Positions 22,852-37,125 of a stretch of 37,125 nucleotides of DNA are shown here, piece by piece (within the stretch, counting starts at the first letter, position 1; each line of letters starts with the position of its first letter). Under the pieces are notes generated by a model. The model worked only from the letters and a program-made list of their open reading frames with translations. It was not told the origin of the DNA and did no database searches. The stretch is taken from NCBI GenBank assembly GCA_943704425.1, contig CALSCP010001760.1, positions 1-37,125 on the forward strand, read 5' to 3'. The position numbers and the translations under genes were made by a program. The stretch comes from Ministeria vibrans ATCC 50519. Taxonomy: Eukaryota; Protista; Filasterea.

Positions 22852-25343
22852 CTACTTACGACGCGCACGACCCTTGCCCTTGGCGCGAGCGGTGGAAGGA
22901 GGTGGTGTGGGCGGAGGCGCCGGTGCAACCTCAACGATTGTTGCGCCTTGCATCTCCCGCACACTCTCGGGTGAGGCACTCGCAATTTGCTTTTGTGTGT
23001 CAAGAAAAAACATCAAATCTCGCACTTGCTCTTCGAGTTCTGCAATCCGTGCTTCCGATGTTTTTAGGGCTTCTCCGTGCTCTCGTGCAGAGCTCTCCAG
23101 TTTTTTCTATGTCCAATGAAAAGAAATTCACAAAAAAATTCAAAAAAAAGTAAGAGTAAGACGGACGGGCGGTGGAAACGTACTGCCCAGCCCGACTGAT
23201 TGTTTGTCAGAGACGAGTTGAATTCGCGCTCGGTCACGAGTTCGCGCAGAAGAGAAATCTGCTTCTGCTGAGCAGTGCGAGCGCGTTGGTCAGCGGCGCG
23301 CTCCTTCTTGACAGCCTCGGCCAGGGTTTGCTCCAGCTCGGAGACACGTCGTTGTGCGTCGTTGCACTGCTCTTCCATCATCCGTCCGTGCTCCTCCGCT
23401 TTCGATACCATCTCCATAAAGTATTGCCGTTGTGATTCCAGTTGGCTCGTCAACAGATAGGTATACTGCAACAAGAGAGATAGTAGATAGATAGATAGAG
23501 AGAGCGAGAGATGAGGAAGAATGAAAGAAAGTGATAGAGAGAAAAAAATAAAGTGATAGAGAGAGAAACAAAGTGATAGAAGGAAGAAAAAACAAATGAT
23601 GGAGAGAGAAGGGAGGAAGAAAGAAACAAAATGATGGAGAAAAAAAGAGGAAGAAAGAAACAAAGCGATGGAGAGAAAAATAAATATATAAGAAGATGAG
23701 AGAGCGACGAAAGACCAGCTGGTTGTCGAACCTCCAATTGAATGGCATCCACTTTCTCATCGGCATCACCGTACTCCTACGAAGAAGAACAAACGAACCA
23801 AAAATGAAACGAAACAAAACAAAAAAGAGTTGTAGAGTGCATGCGTACCGAGGCACCCTTGGGGTTGGATGCAAGGGCGACAAACCCACCGCCTGTTTTG
23901 GTCTGGATCAGCCGATGCACATATCCATCCGCAGCATAGTCCCACACGCGATTGGTCTCCATCTCCATGGCATAGCAGTGCTATGCCAGACGGGGAAGAG
24001 AGAAAGAAAGAAAGTGATAGAGAGAGGGGGGGGAGGAGACGCAAAGGAAGGGAAGGAGAATCAGCAAGAAGCAATCAAAATCAAACTCACTCCATTCCTA
24101 CTTGTGTGTCGAGAAAATGGTGGTAGGCGTGACCGTCGACATATCGACCACAACCTACGCAGAGCCATTGTCGGTGAGTAATAGGCTTTGAAAAAACGAC
24201 ACAAAGAGACTATCATAATAGAAATAATTATCACGCTACTGGCAGTGGGCACACAAAAATCCTACCAATATTGGCGCAAATGAGACAGATCCAGAGCGAC
24301 TCGGCGCGCGTGCAACCAGCTTCCATGCACTCGGTCTGCTCATCGGGTGCTTGGCAGTAGCGACACACTGGGCAACTGAAGACACAGCAAAAAAAAACCC
24401 CCCCCCCCAGGTCAGAAGGAAGCAAGATTGTTCACACTGGGGCATTGAGTTCATTGCAAGCTACGTATTACCTTCCGTCGCCCCAACGAGAAAGGCAAGA
24501 ACAATGAAAGGAGTGATCGCAGAGGGTTGTCATAATTCCTGTCGCTGACTCATCGAGACGTTCCAGACACACCGGGCAGGTAGGAAGCTCAGCAAGTGAC
24601 GAGGGTACAGCCAAGTAGTCGTGGCGGGCGCTGCCGGAGCGCGCAGATACCACGGAAATGGACGAAATGTACGCGAGATGGCACACCTCGGGTTCGAGCG
24701 AGTTGAAACGAATGCCGTTGAATGCGTTGAGAGCCTGTTCGGCTGTGTCTTCACAGTCAAACAACATCAAGGCCATGTAACGGTTGGGTGCCTGATCGCG
24801 CACAGTGCGCAGATGGACGAGCGTTCCAATGATCGGCGCAAGAAAGTCGATGAGCTCCGAGTAGTGCATGTGCATGGGCACGGCCAGCATGCAAAGCATT
24901 GTGGAGCGTGTCGGCGCGCCAGTTGAAGATACGCCCGTCGTCGTCGTGGCAGTGCTGCTCCCGGTAGTGGTGATGGTCGGGGCGTTTGTGCGCTCTTTGT
25001 GTCGATACAACTGCAAACGACCGCGCGTCACGACGACCGAGCCTCCTTTGGGATTTCCGCTTTCAAAGGCGACTTCATCAAAGAAATCCGCGCGATCGCT
25101 GGCGATAGGGTCGTTCGGTGAATCCACTGACTGTGCATCATCGGTGAGCGGCGGAGTGGCGGCCGTGTGAACTTGTCGTTGGGTCGACGAAGGCAACGCA
25201 ACTTGTTCCAGCGTTAGCAGCGACTCGCCTTTGCCCCCTAACGCCTCGTGCTGCACTTGAGGTGATGTACTAACCGTACTGCTACCGGACCTTTGGGCAC
25301 TGTCGCTCTCGGTGCGCGACACTTCCAGTTTGAGAGCGAACAT
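22852..25343 (-). CDS. BRAP: BRCA1-associated protein BRAP/IMP (BRAP2 domain, RING-H2, zf-UBP, coiled coil), multi-exon
   Basis: PNRYMALMLF...FNSLEPEVCH; ELPTCPVCLERLDES...LCDHSFHCSCL; CPVCRY; LWICLICANIGCGRY; RVWDYAADGYVHRL; YTYLLTSQLESQRQYF; LEEQVRDLMFFL. Confidence 0.95.
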
Positions 25344-25619
25344 TTGTAGGGACAGAATATGCTCAAATGTGACGCCGTGAATCAAGCTCACGGGAGGTTG
25401 TCAGACTGTAATGGAATAAAGCGATTCCGGGCAGTATTCACGCAGTAAGGGTACCGGAAAAGACGATGTAGAGAAAGAAAATTGGTGAAATTGAATATTG
25501 ATTAAAATATTCTAGTAAAAACAAACAAAAAAAAAAAAAAAAAGCATACGCCTACGCCGTGTACACCTTTCATGCAAATCATGTTCACATTATTGTTATG
25601 GAAAGGACAAAAAAAAAGA

Positions 25620-25691
25620 TAGCGAGAAAAGGTTTCGATCCTTTGACCTCTGGGTTATGGGCCCAGCGCGCTTCCGCTGCGCCACCTCGCT
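25620..25691 (-). tRNA. Initiator tRNA-Met (CAT)
   Basis: Reverse complement AGCGAGGTGGCGCAGCGGAAGCGCGCTGGGCCCATAACCCAGAGGTCAAAGGATCGAAACCTTTTCTCGCTA: A1-U72 pair, three G-C pairs in the anticodon stem, ATCGAAA T-loop; oligo-T terminator just downstream. Confidence 0.97.
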
Positions 25692-25988
25692 GATAGGCAA
25701 AATGGCAAAAAAGTGATATAGGTACCTATTATATAGTGGAATTTAGATATGTCGTGACCCACGCTCCAGGGTACATGAGACATACAAACGTGCATATCAC
25801 GACGTGCAGAAGTGACAAAGAGATTGCAAAAAAAAAAAAAATGTAGAGTTCGTTTTCACTCATTCACGTTACAGACACTTCTCTATCGGACTGTGCTGAG
25901 TATACGTAACGCGTGTCGAAGTCTCAAGGGACATAGATTGTACATTTTTTAGTATCATTTTCATTTTTACATACATGTATCGTTGTAT

Positions 25989-26520
25989 TCAGTACAGCGT
26001 TCCACGACAATGTCCCAACACTGTACCATCCGTAGCAACCCAGGCGGCAACAGCCATGACGAGGACAGCGGCAACGTAGAGCGGGGGTTCTCGGGATTTG
26101 CGCGAATCAGCAGTCAAGTGCGAACTTGTTTGTACCAGCATGAACAGCGAACAGAGAAGCAAACCAAGACCTGTGTGTGAGGAGGAGAAGTGGAGTGCGT
26201 GAGAGAGCCCGAGGAAGGGACATGTGCGCTTGTACAAGGGTACCTTCGCGAGACTCCTCGACGAAAAGGAGGCGGCCGAGGGGAGCGCGCCACACAACAA
26301 ACCAGGAAACACCACCCAGAAAGTAGAGGGCGCTCATGGCTCCGAGAATGCGCGCGTTAATGTTGACTCCCATAGCGATGATGAAATGGGTAGCGGCCAC
26401 AAGACCGTACAGCAGCATCCATTGGAGGGGATCCGGATCGTTGATTTGTACATAGGCACTCAACGCAAAAAAGCACGCGAGCACGAGCGACACAAAGCGT
26501 CGAGACACTGATAACGCCAT
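25989..26520 (-). CDS. TMEM220: TMEM220-family membrane protein; exons 26520-26244 and 26170-25989
   Basis: FALSAYVQINDPDPLQWMLLY and spliced EESREGLGL motifs; intron in frame. Confidence 0.85.
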
Positions 26521-26624
26521 ACTACGAGAAAGTGGGAAGCTATGATAATAATATTGTTATTATTGTATCATCAAATGATATTTCATAACTCAAATTTTCA
26601 ACACACTTTCTTTCTGCGATCAGA

Positions 26625-29393
<2,769 letters not shown>

Positions 29394-29622
29394 ATATCCT
29401 GAACTGTTATTGACTGTAAAAAATTAATTATTATGAGTGTTTGAAGACATAAACATAATCATAATAGTAAAAAATGATAATCATCCTTTAACATATAATT
29501 AATTATACTGCGAGTGAGCAGAACAGAAACAATACTTTTGATCATCAAAGTGAGTGACAGCTGTTTGAAGTTTGCGTCTTAAATAAGTTAAACTCGAGCC
29601 ACGGGCAAAAAAAAATACATAA

Positions 29623-29627
<5 letters not shown>

Positions 29628-29665
<38 letters not shown>

Positions 29666-29679
29666 NNNNNNNNNNATAA

Positions 29680-29720
<41 letters not shown>
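29628..29720. repeat. (AT)n tracts flanking a 10-N assembly gap (29666-29675)
   Basis: Direct read; ATAATAATTATATAT... is duplicated on both sides of the gap. Confidence 0.95.
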
Positions 29721-29722
<2 letters not shown>

Positions 29723-29796
29723 GAATTTCCAGCCCTCTCTTGACCATTATTCAAATTTATCGCTTTTAAAAAGATGTCTTATATTATTTTATTTTT

Positions 29797-30357
29797 TCAT
29801 TGTTCTTGACTGGGCGCACGCGACACCAGTGCCTTCAGCTGCGGCATTCGGTCGAGAAGAAGGGCGTTGGTTTCGCGTAAGACATCATTACTATTGTTAG
29901 TATCGGCGTCGACGTCGGTGGTAGTGGTGGTGGCGGCTGCGCCACCGGCAGCCCGCAACACCGCCACCACCGCCTGTTGGTACTCGACAAGCAACGTGTG
30001 CGCCTCTGCGCCGACAATACCCTTGAGCTGCTCCACTAGTGCAGGTACACACGAGCCAGGAGCATTCACCATGGTTCCTACATGCTGCTGGAACAGCACC
30101 ACAGCCACAAGATGAAAGAGTAGCGCAGGCGACTCTTCGTGCGCAACCTTCTCGCTCAAGGACTGCAGCTGATGAAATAGAATTTGTCTACAACACAAAG
30201 ACGGATGGTCAAGATTCACTCTCAACAGCGGTGAACATACCGCTCCTTCTTCTTGTCGGGTCGACGCAGACTAATCGAGAACAATTCGTCGTGTTCTTCG
30301 AGGCACTCCACAAATGCGTCGCACGTCTGACCAAAAAAAAAAAAAAATCAATCAATT

Positions 30358-30401
<44 letters not shown>

Positions 30402-33046
30402 AATAATACGCACATGCGCAACAATTATATTTAAAATGTTAAAAATAAGGTCAATGTATACCTTTCCAGTAAGAGCGTCAGTGACGGCATCCAGGGCCTT
30501 ACGAAAATCGTGACCCATCTGCTGAATAGCCGACAGCCGTTGTTCCGCACTTAGCGGGTCCCCAAAAGTACCGCTGTGAAAGAAACAGAAAAAAAGGAAA
30601 AGGAAATCGAAATGAGACAATATGATAGAAACAAACAAAACAATTTATAAAAATATAATAATAATTAATTAATTATAATCATACGGAAGTTCGATGGCGG
30701 CGTCGACAGCGGCATGGCGCACCAAGAGAGTGGCAATGTCAGTGCCAATGGTCTTGAGAAGGTGACGTTCAAGTAGGCCAATGATCTTGTCGGGAGCAGT
30801 GACACTGGCAATGCCCTTTTGAAAGAGGACCAATGACTCGAAGAGAGGCGGTACACGCTCAAGCGTCTCCTTTCGTGCCTTCTTGAGAGCTGATTCAGAT
30901 TGCATGGCTGTCGACAAAACCACCTCATGCATAGCTCGATCAAGAGCGGCGCGCAGCGGACGTTCAAAGAGGGCCGCTAGTGCCTCAAGGAACTCATCGG
31001 AGAACTCGTCGGCGTCCGACTCGCTCATGCTCTGTGCCGACGCGAGATGGGCTCTCACCAATGAGCAGATTTCGGTGAGGGTGAATGTGGTAGAGGCGTC
31101 GGGAGTGGGCGCAGGTGTCGTCGACGTACTGTTGCCGCCGCCCTTGCCCTTACTCTTGCCCGTTCCCTGTCCACCACCCTTCTTGCCCTTTTTGCCTTTC
31201 GCACGCGAAGTGCTACCCCAGTCATCGTCGTCGTCCGACGCCACCGTTCCAATCACCAACGCATCGCCTTGTTGTCCACGCTGTTTGCGTCGCTGCTGCG
31301 ACTGCGACTGTGACTGCGACTGTGACTGTGACTGTGACGCTACCGCCGCGCTGTCATCCGTGCTCGTGCTCTGATTTCGTGACGCTGTTCCGACCACAGT
31401 CACAGTCCTAGCAAATGAGAAGAAGCAGTGGAGAGAACGAGATGAACAAGGAGAGCGTGAATCAAAAGTGTGAAGATTTTAGGTGGTGTCTGGCTTACTT
31501 TGCTTTGGCCGCGTGGTGGACACGTTCTTTGATAGAGCCTTCAAAGATATTCATGTTGGTTTCAACGAAAGTCTGCGGGAAAGAAGACGAGATGAAAACA
31601 TGTTGGTGGTCAAACAAAAGTGTAGCAGCGGTACCTTGGGCACGACGTATGTGTCGCAAAGGATATGGCAAGCTGAGGAGCTAAAGGCAGGACAGTGGGT
31701 GGTAAGAAGACAGCGGATGTCGTCTGGAGTGAGTGATGGGGGCAGCAAGGGCTCGACGTTACACCAAGTGCGAGTTTCGACAGCGTGTTCGACGGCCGCA
31801 TCGGCACGGGCAACAAGAGAGGGCGCAACCGCGCACGACTCGAGCTGGAGAGCCGAAGCAAATCGCTTTTTGGTGTAGCCCGCGGGGTCTTCGCCGATGT
31901 CAAGTCGAGCCAAGGTGTCGTAGCCAATGAGGGCATTTTGGCTGTAGAACGAGTTGATCCAGTCCGTCTGGGTCTTCATAAACACATTCGGTGTGTACTT
32001 GCCCTTTCCTTGGCGACCCTGTACAGTACCACTGAGAAGTGCATGGGTGGAGGAGGTGAGTTCGAGGGCGTATGCGCCCAGAAGATCTGCGTCGAAGCCG
32101 AGTGAGGTCGCAAGCGAGACAGTGTTTGTGGGACGAGTGACGCCACAAAGGGCACCGCGCATACGAGCTTGTTCGCGCGCACGATACGCTTCAGTGACAA
32201 TCATAGGGAGACGTGAGAGCTCGAGCGAGCCATGGATGAGCGTGCCCATGCGACTTTGCAGGTGAGGCAGGACGAACTCAGTGGCAAACTGGAAGCGTTT
32301 ACACACGTCCGCCACCGAAATGTTTCCCGACTCTTGAACAAGTTCGTTTACTTCCATTGCCATTGAGTCAAGGTAGTCTCTGAGTAGCGAAGAAATAATT
32401 AGCGAAGAAGAACAAGAAGTATAAACTTCGTCTGGTTAGGTTTACGTCGTGATGATTTCGCCGTTGACAAGCTGCAGACGTGGATCGTTCTTCACGACAG
32501 TGCCCACCTTGCCTTCAATGTGGTAGAACTCAACGTTGAGCAGTTGGGGCAAGTCGGTGACATTGATTCGACCTAAGAAGGAAGGAAAGAATGATGGATT
32601 GTCTTGTGACACGGACAAGAGGAAGAGGGGGCAAAGACAAAGTCGCGGCGGTGAGGTACAATACAAGAGAGACACGGGCGCCACGTCGTCCAGTGCGCAT
32701 GTGGCAGACAGAGACGAAAGAGAGGAGAGGGAGCGAGAGGGCGAGGGAGGAGAGGGCGAGAGGCAAGCAGACCTTGGTGGGCATCAACCTCGTCGCGGAT
32801 TTCACGCTCAAGTTGCTGTGGGGTCAGATACTCCTTGCCGTCGACAGTGTAAATGACCTCTAGAAGCTTCATCGCCTGCACGAAAGTGTGTGAGTGTGGT
32901 TGTGGCTGGCGTGTCAGTGCGCAGACGAAACTTACAATAAGTTTTGCGACGATTTCAATACAGTTTCGCTCGCTCATGCGCACAGAGCTAGTGGCCGCCT
33001 GGGCCGATGCAAGCTGTGCTTGGAGGGCGCGTAGTTCGTCGTCCAT
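29797..33046 (-). CDS. UFL1: E3 UFM1-protein ligase 1, multi-exon
   Basis: [16 protein letters not shown]...[14 protein letters not shown]; [24 protein letters not shown]; GRINVTDL; [13 protein letters not shown]; [10 protein letters not shown]; VNAPGSCVP. Confidence 0.95.
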
Positions 33047-33138
33047 GTATTCAAGTTTCAACAAACAAAAAGAGGTAAAAATTGATTTTTTAATTTGGTT
33101 TACACCATTTTATTTGATCACGTCAGTGTCTCGACACT

Positions 33139-33490
33139 ATGCACCTACTCCCTCTCTTGGTGACTGTCGGGTTTTTCTCGGCTGCGCACGCGCGAGTGAA
33201 TCACGCGACGCACCGCACACAGCCGGAATTGTTCTCTCCGCCGCATCGTCGCGCCGAATTCCACCGCGTCTTGTCGCTGCCGTGCAGCCAGCAGGGAGCG
33301 GATGCGGGTGCCACCGCTGCCAACCCTATTGTTGCACCGGTTGCGTTTGGTGCGGATCCCACTGGAGTCAACGACTCTACAGCGGCGCTACAGGCGGCTT
33401 TGGCACTGATGTTGACGCGGCACAGGAACAACAAAACATTGGTGAGACAACACACACATACCACACAGGGCCAAACAGAGTCCTTCGAAG

Positions 33491-33547
<57 letters not shown>

Positions 33548-35024
33548 GACAGACATTCCAAAGACACACACGCACATATATGCCACACAAAGACACACAC
33601 GCATACCACACAGAAACACACAACACATGCCACCCAAAGACCCACACACACATATACATATATATACATCACAACAATCTACACGCACATACACACTTAC
33701 AGACTAACGAGAGCGACGATTAGGCAAACGGGATTGTCGATCTTGGTGGTGTTACGATGGACTTGCAAGGCGGCGACTATCTCATGTCAGAGCCCTTAGT
33801 GATTCCTCAGATGTACGGAAACCTGCGCATTCAGCGAGGTACTTTGCGCGCCTCCAACACGTTTCCCAAGGGAAAGTTTATGATTGTGGTGGGAGCGCCG
33901 ACTTGCTCGAACCCACAGGCGTCATGTAACGAAAATCTGGGATTTTCCGAATTGATGCTAGACGGCAATGAGCGCGCCGCTGGTTTGTTTGTTGGCGCTA
34001 CGATGGGATGCGTGGTGGGACCCCAAAACTTTTTCTTGGGCTTTGTCGACGCTGGCATCCGTGTTCATGGCGGGCATGAAACAATGGTGCAGCAAACGTA
34101 CGTTGGGAGCCGGCGGTGATTTCACCGAGTTTTGACACGCAAGAGCAACACGTTCCTTTTTTTTTGTAGGTGGCTCGGCGAATATTTGTACTCTGATCCG
34201 CGCAAGGAGAATGGGACTGCATCAACGGCAATTGGAATTGACATTATTGGCAATGATCATTTCGTCACCAACACCATTGTGTACTCTGCGAAAATCGGTA
34301 TTTTCCATCAGGGGGATGAAACATTTGGTGAAACCCGTTTGTTGAAGGTTTGCAAATTGTGGGTGCTGCTAACCTCGCCATTGGACTGCACACGTGGAAC
34401 TTGGCGACAGGAAATGGTGGAACGTGAGTGAAAGTTGTGTGCGTTCGAGAGCGAGGGAAATAACCCAAACTGTGTAGGGGTATCCTTGTGAATGCTCCAG
34501 GTTACACTCAGAACCGCTTTGTCGGGTGCTACCTCGACTACAACGACATTGTATTGGTGTCGCCCGAACACGTGACCTTTGTTGATGGGTTCTTTCTGGG
34601 CGGTGGGCAGATGGTAGTGCGCGCGAGCAAGGCGAACGACCGCTGCGAGGGTCTCACCGTTACTGGCAACCAGTTTGACAATGGTGGAGGCGTGCCGGGC
34701 ATTGTGGTGGACAACACAAGCGGATTATTTACAGCCGTGGTTGACACTATCATTGAAGGCAACCAATTCAAGGGCTATGGGTCACGTGCTTCTCGAGCGA
34801 ACGCTGTGTTGAGCAAGTCGGCCGCGACCGAGTGGACCTTTGACTTAAGCTCCCAACTGGTCTTTGGACACATTCAACGAGTGTCGTATGCATTGCAGCT
34901 CAACGATGAGGCGGCTGCCTTTGTCATGCACGCGGTGCGTAGGGTAGTCGGTGCACAGGTGACAGTGGCGTCGAGCGAGTCGACCGACGCCCAAGTGACA
35001 GTCTTTGTCGATGAGAGCGTGTAA
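33139..35024 (+). CDS. Secreted QRT3-like (pectin-lyase-fold beta-helix) polygalacturonase-like protein, 5 exons
   Basis: Signal peptide; FGADPTGVNDSTAAL; LANGIVDLGGVTMDLQGGDYLMSEPL; GGHET...WLGEY; spliced GAANLAIGLHTWN; RFVGCYLDY; VDGFFLGGG. Confidence 0.85.
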
Positions 35025-35439
35025 GATGTAAAACTACGAAATACAATGACTCCCTCCAAATCAAGGGTGCGCTTCATTGCGTGCCACCCCTCGACGGCGG
35101 TGGAAGTTTTTTTCTCGCCAGTTTCCCATGATCAACGAAGATCCCCGGAAGATCAACCGACGAATACTATTTAATAGAAGAAGACAACCCATTTATTAAT
35201 GTCACAGTCACGACGCGAAGACACAGTCAGATCGCCTTGCAAACTCTACGGAAACTCTAGAAGTAACATGGGAGAGCAGTGGCAGGTCAGAGTGCTGTGT
35301 TTAATTATCAATAGAACTTATAATACTTATTTTATTAATCATTATGAATAATACTAATAATAATAATAATAATTATTATTTTTAATTTTTATCATTTTTA
35401 TCATTTTATGACTTATGAGCACTATTTTTTTATTTGACA

Positions 35440-35540
35440 ATGAAGCTCGCTGTTCTCATTTTCGCTCTGGTTGCCGGCGCTATCGCCGCCGAGATGGTCC
35501 TTGATGACTCCATGATCTCTGAGATCAACGCCTCTGGCAA
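35440..35540 (+). CDS. Isolated first exon of a secreted, cathepsin-B-like preproprotein
   Basis: MKLAVLIFALVAGAIAAEMVLDDSMISEINASG, a signal peptide plus a propeptide-like motif; strongly C/T-ending codons; donor GTACGT at 35541; no downstream exons seen. Confidence 0.55.
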
Positions 35541-35554
35541 GTACGTTTGAGAAC

Positions 35555-35587
<33 letters not shown>

Positions 35588-35659
35588 GTGAAGACGACGT
35601 CAAAAGGAAAAGGAGCGAAGGGCCAAGGGAAGCACAAGGGGGACAAGAGGCTGGCGTAC

Positions 35660-35861
35660 CCTTTCGATGGGGGTACGCGGGCGCAGGCAGGGCCCTGGCT
35701 GTCGCTGCAGCAGGCGGTGCTTTTTTCGATGCGCCAAAGGCCGCCTCGAGCGCGTCGTCGTCGTCGATGGCGTCGTCGTCGAATGCGCTGTCGAGGGCCG
35801 CCGCACGCTGCTTCTGGCGCTCTCTCGCCGGTGGCAACAGAGACGTCAGCGAGGATGCCAT
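35660..35861 (-). CDS. SNW1: Isolated first exon of SNW1/SKIP (Prp45) splicing factor
   Basis: MASSLTSLLPPAR...APAYPHRKG resembles the SNW1 N-terminus (LTSFLPAP...PPYGYRKGW); donor GTACGC at 35659; remainder absent. Confidence 0.6.
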
Positions 35862-36012
35862 GTTACAGTGGAGGAGTGCGCAAAAGAATACTGAGAAGTG
35901 AGAGAGAGAGAGACAGTGCTGTCTTTAAACTCAGGTGAGTTTGACGATCAATGAACCCAAAATAATTCAAAAATAAATCGAAAAAACACGTCTGTTGCGC
36001 CAGAATTGGACA

Positions 36013-37003
36013 ATGGGCCTCGTTTGGGCAAAGTTCAGCTCGTTGTTATGGACCCAAGAAGGTGGGAAGGAGTGTGTCGACCATGGCGTGTGAGACAACG
36101 GAACTTGTGCGGTTCCCCTGTGCGGCACAGTGCGAGCAGCCGCAGCCTGTGTCGCGTCGTCGGTGCATTGCATTCCGCGAATACTCGTCGCAATTGCTGA
36201 TGTGACGTTCGCACAAATGACCGACAAATCTTTTTTTTATTTTTCACCGTTTTTTTGTCTTCGAAAAGTTTCGATTTGCAGTGTGTACTGATTCGCAGGG
36301 GTGTCTGTAGAGTACAAAGTGATCATAGTAGGGCTTGACAATGCGGGCAAGACGACGATTCTGTACAAATTGTAAGTGTGTGACGAAGGACAACTGACTT
36401 GACGTGACGCTGACCTGTGTTCCGCTGTGTGTGCGTCTCAGTCTGCTCAACGATGTCGTGGTGACGTCGCCGACGCTGGGGAGCAATGTGGAGGAGGTTA
36501 CATATAAGAATTTGCACTTTGTAATGTGGGACATTGGCGGACAGGACTCGTTGAGGAGCAGCTGGGCGACGTACTATTCCAACACTCGAGTAGGCACACG
36601 GGATGTTTGTACGTGTGTGGGGGGTGCTGACTCGCTCCTATTGTAGATGTTACTTTTGGTGATTGATAGCACAGACAGAGAGCGACTGCGGTTGTCCAAG
36701 GAAGAGTTGTACACTATGATGGCAAATGAGGTAACGCCGGGCAACAGAGGTGTCTTGGTTTGTGCTGACTGGCGTGTCGTGTTGTGAAGGAACTGAGTAA
36801 GAGTGGGTTACTAGTGCTTGCAAACAAGCAAGATGTGAAAGGAGCTTTGACAGCGGCTGAAATCAGTGGTAAGGAGGGACACGCCAGACGAACGCACACT
36901 GAAATTCATGTCAAATTCATGTCTTCATAGATGAGTTGAATTTAACTTCGATTAAGGACCATCCCTGGCACATCCAGGCGTGTTGTGCACTGACAGGAGA
37001 AGG
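36013..37003 (+). CDS. ARL5: ADP-ribosylation factor-like GTPase 5 (last exon beyond the window)
   Basis: MGLVWAK (myristoylation Gly2); [18 protein letters not shown]; [10 protein letters not shown]; [17 protein letters not shown]; ANKQD; [13 protein letters not shown]. Confidence 0.92.
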
Positions 37004-37016
37004 GTAAGTGCAGTAG

Positions 37017-37125
<109 letters not shown>

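Noticed and set aside
34298-34362. Apparent frameshift or non-canonical intron in the QRT3-like gene
   Set aside because: Resolved by a canonical 50-nt GT-AG intron (34298-34347) giving SAKIGLQIVGAANL.

Overview
Intron-rich, microsatellite-rich eukaryotic DNA with short GT-AG introns and TTAGGG-type telomeric repeats. The gene set (CCZ1, BRAP, PTTG1IP-like, TMEM220, PRORP, UFL1) suggests a unicellular holozoan such as a choanoflagellate, but this is inference. The window has two halves. The right half (~18.4-37.1 kb) is mostly housekeeping: PTTG1IP-like, CCZ1, BRAP, tRNA-iMet, TMEM220, PRORP, UFL1, a QRT3-like beta-helix enzyme, orphan first exons of a cathepsin-B-like gene and SNW1 fused at a poly(A) run, and ARL5. 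The left half (~0.4-18.1 kb) looks like an accessory, subtelomere-like 'defence/toxin island'. It contains a telomere-derived 41-bp satellite, two secreted MACPF (perforin-like) genes flanking a secreted orphan gene (one MACPF has an unusual EGF-MACPF-Kelch architecture), a decayed Mx/dynamin GTPase fragment, a modular 51-bp minisatellite with a possible transposon end, a ubiquitin-like ORF, and an ~800-aa orphan with a TIR/SEFIR-like domain. Splice models and family calls were made by eye, without database searches.
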